Below are positions 57,324 through 64,000 of a stretch of 64,000 bases of DNA, in pieces. Numbering within the stretch: the first letter of the stretch is position 1; every line of letters begins with the position of its first letter. The notes under the pieces were generated by a model that did not search any database, was not told the origin of the DNA, and saw only the letters and a list, made by a program, of their open reading frames with translations. Source of the DNA: Polyangiaceae bacterium UTPRO1 (lineage in GTDB: Bacteria > Desulfobacterota > Binatia > UTPRO1); contig MWST01000032.1 in assembly GCA_002050235.1 (NCBI GenBank), positions 600 to 64,599 on the forward strand, given 5' to 3'. The position numbers were made by a program, and so were the translations under genes.

Positions 57324-58385
57324 ATGGGTCGTCGTCCGATCGCCGCGATGCTGCTCGCCTTCGCTTTGCTCGTCGTCTCCACTCTCGACGCCTGGGCCGT
57401 CCCGCCCTGGGAAGCGGCGAACCCGATCAAGCCGCTGCCGGCGCCGCCGCTCGGCATCCATTCCAAGTTCGAGACGCTGCCGACGCCGCCGACGCCGGAG
57501 CGCGTTCGGCTCGGGCGCTGGCTCTTCTTCGACAAGCGCCTCTCCGCCGACAACACGCTCTCGTGCGCGTCGTGCCACCAGCCCGAGCACGCCTTCTCGG
57601 AGCTCACGCCGCACTCGACCGGCATCCGCGGGCAGCAAGGCGCGCGCAAGGCGCCGAGCTTCGTGAACCTCGCCTGGACGATCTTTCCGCACTTCTTCTG
57701 GGACGGCCGGGCAGCGTCGCTCGAGGAGCAGGCGCTCGGTCCGATCGCCAACCCGATCGAGATGGGCTCGACGCACGCGGCGATGGTGAAGACGTGCCAG
57801 ACACGAGGGTACGCGCCGTACTTCAAGGAAGCCTTCGGCGCGGATGAGATCACCCAGGAGCGCGTCGTCCACGCCATCGCCGACTACGAACGGACCCGTA
57901 TGAGCGGCAACAGCCCGGTCGACAGGTGGCAGATCGGCAAGGACGAGAGCGCCGTCTCGGCCGAGGTGAAGCAGGGCTGGCAGCTCTTCTTCGGCAAGGC
58001 CGAGTGCGGCCTCTGCCACATCGGCGAGAACTTCACCGACAGCCTCTTCCACAACCTCGGCATCGGCTGGGACCCGCAGAAGCAGGAGTTCAAGGACGTC
58101 GGACGCTATGCGATCAGCAAGAAGGACGAGGATCGCGGCGCCTTCAAGACGCCCGGCCTACGCGAGGTCGCGAAGCATCCGCCATACATGCACGACGGCT
58201 CGCTGGCGACGCTCGAGGCGGTGGTCGAGCACTACAACAAGGGCGGCAACCCGAACCCGCAGCTCTCGGCTCGCATCCACAAGCTCGGTCTCAGCCAGCC
58301 GGAAGTGCAGGCTTTGGTGAAGTTCATGGAGGCCCTTTCCGGCGAGGGCTACGCGGACACCGCACCGGCGGCGTTCCCGGAGTGA
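57324..58385 (+). CDS. Di-heme cytochrome c peroxidase (CCP/MauG family)
   Basis: 353 aa, with AGGAGG 7 nt upstream of the ATG and a signal peptide. It has two CxxCH heme motifs (CASCH and CGLCH) and the motifs FKTPGLREV and PYMHDGS. Confidence 0.9.
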   Translation: MGRRPIAAMLLAFALLVVSTLDAWAVPPWEAANPIKPLPAPPLGIHSKFETLPTPPTPERVRLGRWLFFDKRLSADNTLSCASCHQPEHAFSELTPHSTGIRGQQGARKAPSFVNLAWTIFPHFFWDGRAASLEEQALGPIANPIEMGSTHAAMVKTCQTRGYAPYFKEAFGADEITQERVVHAIADYERTRMSGNSPVDRWQIGKDESAVSAEVKQGWQLFFGKAECGLCHIGENFTDSLFHNLGIGWDPQKQEFKDVGRYAISKKDEDRGAFKTPGLREVAKHPPYMHDGSLATLEAVVEHYNKGGNPNPQLSARIHKLGLSQPEVQALVKFMEALSGEGYADTAPAAFPE

Positions 58386-58392
58386 AGCGGCG

Positions 58393-58424
58393 GCCGCGCC
58401 CGTCGCCGCGGCGACGGGCGCGGC
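58393..58424 (+). terminator. GC-rich hairpin downstream of the peroxidase gene (terminator candidate without U-tract)
   Basis: The near-perfect palindrome GCC GCGCCCGTCGCC GC GGCGACGGGCGC GGC starts 8 nt after the stop codon. Confidence 0.4.
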
Positions 58425-58552
58425 GTCGGCATGTGCCAGCGGCGGCACGCGGCAGCGCGGCCGTCGTCAGAGTTGGCGCGCGATGATGCCATAGGTGGCC
58501 GAGCGCGCGCGCCGCGACGCGATACGGCAAGCGCCATGAACTGGTCCATGGC

Positions 58553-60094
58553 TTGCTCGGTATGGCGCTGGTCATGCGCGCCGCCGCCGCTCCCCGCTCC
58601 TGCCGCCGCCCGGCATCCTTCGCTCTCCGCCCCGGCGAAGGTCGTACGGCGGCGCGCATGTTCGCCGCCGTGTTCTTCATCATGTGCGCCTACTACATGG
58701 TGAAGCCGCTACGCGAAGGCTGGATCGCCGTGTCGGCGATCGGCGGCCTGTCGCGCCTCGAGATCAAGGCCTACTCGAGCCTCGTGCAGAGCCTGCTCCT
58801 GCTCGCGCTCGTCGGCGCCTACGCGCGGCTCGCCGCCCGCTGCACGGCGCGCGCGCTCCTGCGCCGTTCGGCGTGCGCGTGCGCGGCGGCCCTGCTGGCG
58901 TTCTGGATCGCGCAGCCCGATTTCCTCTTCGTGGCGGTGCCCGGACTCGGCATCGTCTTCTACCTCTGGGTCGGCCTGTTCGGCGTCTTCGTCGTCGCAC
59001 AGTGCTGGACCATCGCCACCGATCTCTACGCCGACGACCACGGCCGCCGCCTGCTGCCGCTGGTCGCGGTCGGCGGAACGGCAGGTGCGGCGGTCGGATC
59101 CTGGCTCTACGGCGTGCTCGCCGGGCTCGGTCCCGGCAGTGCCCATGTCATCCTGCTCGGCGCCGTGGCGCCGCTCCTCGCCGCCGCCGGGTTGGCGCCG
59201 ACGGCCGCGCGCGGGCGCGTCGGGCGCCACTGCGGAGCGGGCCGCGGCAGCGCCGCGAGCCTCCGCCGCCTCGCCGGCGATCGCTTCGTGCTCGCAGCCG
59301 GCCTCCTCGCCCTCCTGCTCAGTTGGGCGGCGACGAACGGCGAAAACCTGCTCTTCCAGATCGTGCAGGACGGCATCGCCAGGACGATGAGCGCCGGCGG
59401 CGACGTTGCAGCCCTCGCCCGAGCGCGCGCCGCGACCACGGCCTTCTACGGCGACTTCTACCTGTGGACGAACCTCGGAGCGCTCGCCGCCCAGCTACTC
59501 GTCGCCTCGCGCCTCCTGAAGCGCGGCGGCCTCGCGGCGATCATCTTCGTGTTGCCGCTCCTCGCCCTCCTCGCCTCGGCGATCGCGGCGCTCGCCCCGG
59601 TGCTGGCGATCCTCAAGTGGGTGAAGATCGCCGAGCAGGCGGCCGACCATTCGCTGAACCACACCGCGCGCCAGGTGCTCTGGCTCCCCGCTGACGCCGA
59701 GACCAAGATCGTCGCCAAGCCCGCCGTCGACTCGCTGTGCGTGCGGCTCGGCGACGGCCTCGCGGCGCTCACCGTGCTCGCGAGCACCCATCTCGGCGGC
59801 CACGCGACCGCGGTGTTGATCGTCGTGAACGTGGTGCTGACCGTGCTCTGGCTCGCCGCTGCATACGTCGTCGTCCGCGAGCACGGCTGCTTGGTCGCTC
59901 GCCGCGCCGCGGCGGCGGCAGCGACCGCACGCTCGTTCGCCGCCGCCGCGCGCCGCGCCGCGGACACCGCGGCGCGCGGCGCCGGCGCCCTCTTGACGGC
60001 GCCCGCCAGGACCTGGGACCGCGTCGCCGCCTGGCGCCTCGATCTCTTGCCGATCGGGCGCGGCCACTCGCCGCCCAACGCCCTCGCGGCCTAG
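58553..60094 (+). CDS. TLC (ATP/ADP translocase)-like MFS-type membrane transporter, paralog of 39513-40928
   Basis: Up to 513 aa (TTG 58553, or ATG 58562/58574). It is colinear with the 39513 gene, with conserved blocks such as CAYYMVKPLREGWIAVS, EIKAYSS and FYLWVGLFGVFVVAQ. Confidence 0.65.
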   Translation: MLGMALVMRAAAAPRSCRRPASFALRPGEGRTAARMFAAVFFIMCAYYMVKPLREGWIAVSAIGGLSRLEIKAYSSLVQSLLLLALVGAYARLAARCTARALLRRSACACAAALLAFWIAQPDFLFVAVPGLGIVFYLWVGLFGVFVVAQCWTIATDLYADDHGRRLLPLVAVGGTAGAAVGSWLYGVLAGLGPGSAHVILLGAVAPLLAAAGLAPTAARGRVGRHCGAGRGSAASLRRLAGDRFVLAAGLLALLLSWAATNGENLLFQIVQDGIARTMSAGGDVAALARARAATTAFYGDFYLWTNLGALAAQLLVASRLLKRGGLAAIIFVLPLLALLASAIAALAPVLAILKWVKIAEQAADHSLNHTARQVLWLPADAETKIVAKPAVDSLCVRLGDGLAALTVLASTHLGGHATAVLIVVNVVLTVLWLAAAYVVVREHGCLVARRAAAAAATARSFAAAARRAADTAARGAGALLTAPARTWDRVAAWRLDLLPIGRGHSPPNALAA

Positions 60095-60176
60095 CGCCGC
60101 GACGACGGCGCATCGCTGCCGCTCCCGGACCACGCCATCGCTTGCGACCATGGCGGCGGATTGATAGCCGGCGCGC

Positions 60177-60968
60177 ATGCGCAAGCGACGATCTCTTCGC
60201 AGGCTCGTTCCGGCGATGCTCCTCATCGCCGCTGTCTCGATAACGGCAACGAGCTGCGGCGGCGGTGGCGGCGGCAGCTCGAACGGCAACCTCTGCGAGC
60301 AGTGCGGCGACTCCGACGGCCCCTGCAACGCCGCCGGCGCCGACATCCCCGCGGGCGCGCGGCAGCCGAGCTTCTGTCCGAACGGCGCCGACGGATGGTG
60401 CCACGCGGCGCTCGTCTGCACGCGCAAGGTCGACAGCGCACAGCGCCGCTGCTTCCCGGCGGACCCGGCAACGCAGGCGCTCGACATGCGCTTCGAGTGC
60501 GACGGCTCGCGGCCGGCCGGCACGCCTGCCGCCACCCCGACGCCGACGCCGACGTCGACCCCGACCGCTACCGGCACCGCGGCCACGCCGACCGCCACCG
60601 GTCCGACCGCATCCGTCGCCGAGCCCTCGCCGACGCCGACGCCGGCGCCGGAGGAGATCGCGGTCACCATCGACGTGTCGACCGAGGCCGACGGCTTCAC
60701 CGCCGACTTCACGGTCATCGTCACCTATCCGCCGCAGAAAGGCAGCTTCGGCGGCAGTGCCGTCGCCTGCGAAGGCGACAGCGTCGACCCGCAGGCCACG
60801 GACGACGGCAACGGCACCTTGACCCTCAGGTTCCAGGGAGATCCGGACGGCCTCGTCACCGACGGCGCGACGTGCACCTTCAGTCAGCTCGCGGGCGAAG
60901 AGCTCGTGGACGGGGATCTCGCCGCCTCGAGCCCGACTCCCGGCCTCGAGGTCGAGGTCTCGTTCTAG
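60177..60968 (+). CDS. Lipoprotein with Cys-rich N-domain, Pro/Thr-rich linker and unassigned C-domain
   Basis: 263 aa with a signal ending ITATSCGGGGGG. Eight Cys residues fall within ~75 aa. The linker is PTPTPTSTPTATGTAATPTATGPT, followed by a ~110-aa C-domain. Confidence 0.6.
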   Translation: MRKRRSLRRLVPAMLLIAAVSITATSCGGGGGGSSNGNLCEQCGDSDGPCNAAGADIPAGARQPSFCPNGADGWCHAALVCTRKVDSAQRRCFPADPATQALDMRFECDGSRPAGTPAATPTPTPTSTPTATGTAATPTATGPTASVAEPSPTPTPAPEEIAVTIDVSTEADGFTADFTVIVTYPPQKGSFGGSAVACEGDSVDPQATDDGNGTLTLRFQGDPDGLVTDGATCTFSQLAGEELVDGDLAASSPTPGLEVEVSF

Positions 60969-62281
60969 GGAATCTCCGGCGTGCTGCCGGAGGCTCGCGG
61001 CAGGTCGAAGCGCAGGGTCGGGACCATGAGCTGGACCGCCGCCCCGAAGACGCCGACGGCCATGATGATCGCGAACGCCGGCCCGACGCGCGCGGTCAGC
61101 CGCGGCTCGCGCGGGGTGCGAAACACCAGCGGCAGCGTCACCGCCACGCTCGTCAACGAGGCGATCACGGCGCCGATGCCGGCGGTGGTCGGCGAGATCG
61201 TCGCGTGCGTCGCCAGCATCGCCGCCGACGCCACCGTCGAAGCGCTCGACACCAGGCCCCCGAACGCGCTCACGGCGTAGAATCCGAGCTCGCCGAAGGC
61301 GCGCTGGGCGAGAGTGCCGGCAACCTGCAGGGCCAGGAACAAGACGCCGTAACGCAGCGTCGTGGCGAGCGAGAACGGCGAGTCCAACTGCAGGGGAGCC
61401 TGTGCCGCGGTCGCATAGCGCCGCCGCCCCGCCAAAGCGAGGCCGATGGTCGCGAGCAGCATGCCGCCGAGCGGCAGGATCGCGTGCGCCAGCGCCGCGG
61501 TCGCCAGGAGACCGAGCAGCAGGGCGTTGCGCACGACCATCGCCGCGGTCGCGAACAGCATGCCGCGATAGGCGGCTTCGGCGAGCTGGCCGTTGGTTTC
61601 GTGGGCGCGGTGCGCCAGGTCGGCGACGGTCACCGAGCTGTTCACGAGTCCTCCGAAGAACCCCGTAACCTCGAGTCCGCGCGCCCCGTAGATCTTGAGC
61701 AGGACATAGCTCGCGAAGCCGACACCGGCGATCAGGATGACCGTCGCCCACGCCGACTGGGGAGCGATCAGATCCCAGGGATCCACGGCCGCGCTCGGCA
61801 GTACGGGGTAGACGACGAAGGCCAGGATCGCGAGCAGGATCGCCGAACGCAGCTCCGCTTCCGTGAGCCCGAGGCTGAATCCGGCCAGCGGCTCCTTCCA
61901 CGCCAGCAGCGCCGCCGTCATCACCGCCACCGCGACGGGGGTGAAGGTATGGCCGAGCCCGCAGAACACCCCTCCGACCCCGGTCACGAGGAGCGCGATC
62001 GAGGTCGTCAGCTCGGCGCTCTGCTCGGCGCGCAGCGCCTGCAAGTTCAAGAAGATGATGAGGACACCGAGGAACGCCAGGCTCATCAGCGCGTAGGACT
62101 CGCCGAGGAGGCCGCCGAGGCTCCCGAGCAAGGCGGCGAACCCGAAGGTCCGCAACCCGGCCTCCTTGCCGCGGTGCTCGCGTTCCAGTCCGACGAACAG
62201 CCCTACCGCCAGCGCCAGCAACAGGCGCGACATCGTCGGCAAGGGCGGGAAGTGCCCGACCGGCGTCAGCGAGTCCATCAC
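60965..62281 (-). CDS. MgtC/SapB-family membrane protein with DUF4010-type C-terminal extension
   Basis: 438 aa. The N-terminal segment LALAVGLFVGLEREHRGKEAGLRTF is the MgtC-family signature. The remainder is polytopic, as in MgtC+DUF4010 proteins. Its ATG overlaps the stop of the upstream RND gene (ATGA). Confidence 0.75.
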   Translation of the reverse strand: MMDSLTPVGHFPPLPTMSRLLLALAVGLFVGLEREHRGKEAGLRTFGFAALLGSLGGLLGESYALMSLAFLGVLIIFLNLQALRAEQSAELTTSIALLVTGVGGVFCGLGHTFTPVAVAVMTAALLAWKEPLAGFSLGLTEAELRSAILLAILAFVVYPVLPSAAVDPWDLIAPQSAWATVILIAGVGFASYVLLKIYGARGLEVTGFFGGLVNSSVTVADLAHRAHETNGQLAEAAYRGMLFATAAMVVRNALLLGLLATAALAHAILPLGGMLLATIGLALAGRRRYATAAQAPLQLDSPFSLATTLRYGVLFLALQVAGTLAQRAFGELGFYAVSAFGGLVSSASTVASAAMLATHATISPTTAGIGAVIASLTSVAVTLPLVFRTPREPRLTARVGPAFAIIMAVGVFGAAVQLMVPTLRFDLPRASGSTPEIP

Positions 62282-64000
62282 GCTACTGTCGCCCGCGTCC
62301 GTCCGCGGCGCAACCGGCGAACGTGACGGAGCCCGGCCGCGACATCATGCCTCCACCACAGGCTCAGTCGATCGAGATACAGATAGATCACCGGCGTCGT
62401 GTAGAGCGTCAGCAACTGGCTCACGAGGAGGCCGCCGACGATCGTGATGCCGAGCGGGCGGCGGAGCTCCGAGCCCATGCCGCTGCCGAGCGCCAGCGGC
62501 AGCCCGCCGAGGAGCGCCGCCATCGTCGTCATCATGATCGGCCGGAAGCGCAGCAGACAGGCCTCGTAGATGGCCTCTTGCGGCGTCCTGCCGCCGCGGC
62601 GCTCCGCCTCGAGCGCGAAGTCGATCATCATGATGGCGTTCTTCTTGACGATGCCGATCAGCAGGATGATCCCGATCAACGCGATCACGTCGAGCTCGCC
62701 GCCCGTGAGCAGCAGGGCCAGGATCGCCCCCACCCCCGCCGACGGCAGCGTCGAGAGTATCGTCAACGGATGGACGTAGCTCTCGTAGAGAATGCCGAGC
62801 ACTATGTACACCGTCACCAGCGCCGCCAGGATCAGGAGCGGCTGGCTCGCGAGCGACGCCTGGAACGCCTGCGCCGTGCCGGCGAAGGTCGCCCGCACAC
62901 CCGGCGGCATGTCGAGATCGCGCACCGCCGCCGTGATCGCGTCGACCGCCTCGCCGAGCGCCACACCCGGCGCCAGGTTGAACGACAGCGTCACCGCCGG
63001 GAACTGCCCCTGGTGCGTCACCGCGAGCGCGGTCGTGCCGGGCTCGATGCGCGCGAAAGCGGCGAGCGGAACCTGAGCGCCGCTCGTCGAGCGCACGTAC
63101 AGGTCGTGGAGGGTCTCGGGGCGCTCCCAGAAGCTCGGCGCTACGCCCATGACGACGTGGTACTGGTTCAGCGCCGTGTAGATCGTCGACACCTGGCGCT
63201 GCCCGAAGGCGTCGTAGAGGGCGTCGTCGATCATCCGGGTCGTGACGCCGAGCCTGGCGGCGGTGTCACGGTCGATCGCGAGCGTGGTCTGGAGGCCGGC
63301 GTTCATCTGATCGCTGTTGACGTCGGTCAGCAGCGGCATGGCCCGCAGCCGGGCCAGCACCTTCGGCGCCGCGGCGTCGAGATCGCCGAGGTCGTCCCCC
63401 TGGAGCGTGAACTGGTAGAGCGCGCCGCTCGGCCGGCCGCCGATCCGGATGTCCTGCACCGGCTGCAGAAACAGGCTCGCGCCGGCAACGGCCGCGAGCC
63501 GCGGCCGCAAGCGCGCCGCGATCACGTCACCCTTCACCTTGCGCTCCGCGAGCGGCTTGAGCGCGACGAACATGCGCCCCGTGCTCGCGCCCTGCGAACC
63601 GCCGGTGAAGGCGACGACGGTCTCCACCGCCGGATCGCCGCGCACGATGTCGACGAGCTCGCCGAGCTTCCTCTCCATCGCCTGGAACGACGCCGCTTGA
63701 TCGGTCTGCACGTTGCCGACGAGCCGCCCGGTGTCCTGCTGCGGGAAGAAACCCTTGGGTACGATGCCGTAGAGATACACGTTGAGCGCGGCCGTGAGCG
63801 CGGCGACGAGGAGCGTGAAGCGCGGCCGCGCCAGCATCCACGCCAGGCTCCTCTCATAGGCGCGGTGCAGACCGGCGAAGGCCCGCTCGGCGCCGCCGGC
63901 CAGCCGCCCCGGCCGGGACGCGGCGGCGGCGCGGCGCAGGAGCTGCGCGCACATCATCGGCGTCGTCGTCAGCGACACCGCCAGCGACACCATGACCGCC
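62278..64000 (-). CDS. RND efflux permease (MdtB/MdtC/AcrB-like), 3' part only; gene continues beyond the window
   Basis: The reading frame is open to the window edge. The C-terminal half has an RND pattern (periplasmic porter domains, then TM8-12 with ILLIGIVKKNAIMMIDFA). Confidence 0.88.
   Translation of the reverse strand, partial: AVMVSLAVSLTTTPMMCAQLLRRAAAASRPGRLAGGAERAFAGLHRAYERSLAWMLARPRFTLLVAALTAALNVYLYGIVPKGFFPQQDTGRLVGNVQTDQAASFQAMERKLGELVDIVRGDPAVETVVAFTGGSQGASTGRMFVALKPLAERKVKGDVIAARLRPRLAAVAGASLFLQPVQDIRIGGRPSGALYQFTLQGDDLGDLDAAAPKVLARLRAMPLLTDVNSDQMNAGLQTTLAIDRDTAARLGVTTRMIDDALYDAFGQRQVSTIYTALNQYHVVMGVAPSFWERPETLHDLYVRSTSGAQVPLAAFARIEPGTTALAVTHQGQFPAVTLSFNLAPGVALGEAVDAITAAVRDLDMPPGVRATFAGTAQAFQASLASQPLLILAALVTVYIVLGILYESYVHPLTILSTLPSAGVGAILALLLTGGELDVIALIGIILLIGIVKKNAIMMIDFALEAERRGGRTPQEAIYEACLLRFRPIMMTTMAALLGGLPLALGSGMGSELRRPLGITIVGGLLVSQLLTLYTTPVIYLYLDRLSLWWRHDVAAGLRHVRRLRRGRTRATVA

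Noticed and set aside
60530-60660. Repetitive CCGACGCCGAC-type sequence that might be taken for a tandem repeat or array
   Set aside because: It is an in-frame Pro/Thr-rich linker inside the lipoprotein ORF. It has no regular repeat-spacer structure, so it is not a CRISPR array or a VNTR.
1-64000. Search for CRISPR arrays, IS elements/transposases, integrases, phage genes and toxin-antitoxin or restriction-type defence genes
   Set aside because: No regularly spaced repeats, terminal inverted repeats, or ORFs with transposase, integrase or defence-type motifs were seen. The only hint of mobile DNA is the compositional break next to the tRNA at the left edge.

Overview
This is a very high-G+C (roughly 70% by eye), gene-dense chromosomal segment from a Gram-negative-type bacterium. 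That assignment rests on the RND efflux pumps, OPG genes, PilT and many lipoproteins. About 43 protein genes are supported, most packed with 4-nt ATGA/GTGA start-stop overlaps.

Content from left to right:
- A tRNA-Leu(UAG) next to a lower-GC flank.
- An alpha-glucan operon, glgE-glgX-glgB-malQ.
- An RND efflux pair, an amino-acid permease and pilT.
- A large beta-glucan (osmoregulated periplasmic glucan) locus: opgH, a GH1 beta-glucosidase, a DUF3131/GH144-like glucanase, a sugar ABC transporter, a 1061-aa secreted multidomain hydrolase-like protein, and an opgG/D-family gene.
- An orphan PAS histidine kinase.
- Two TLC (ATP/ADP-translocase)-like membrane proteins, one fused to HEAT repeats and a cNMP-binding domain, plus a third paralog about 18 kb away.
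- pgm, a di-heme cytochrome c peroxidase, an MgtC/DUF4010 protein and a second, partial RND pump.

The most unusual part is 44.1-53.8 kb. It is a divergent cluster whose enzymes all carry export signals:
- a beta-lactamase-fold::type II PI4-kinase-like lipoprotein;
- a dikinase-like protein with the phosphohistidine swivel domain before the ATP-grasp domain, the same order as glucan water dikinases;
- two paralogs carrying the L,D-transpeptidase SHGC motif;
- an MFS transporter.

No CRISPR array, IS element or prophage gene was seen. Many very long ORFs in the six-frame track are high-GC shadow frames. All functional calls come from motif recognition by eye, not from database searches.
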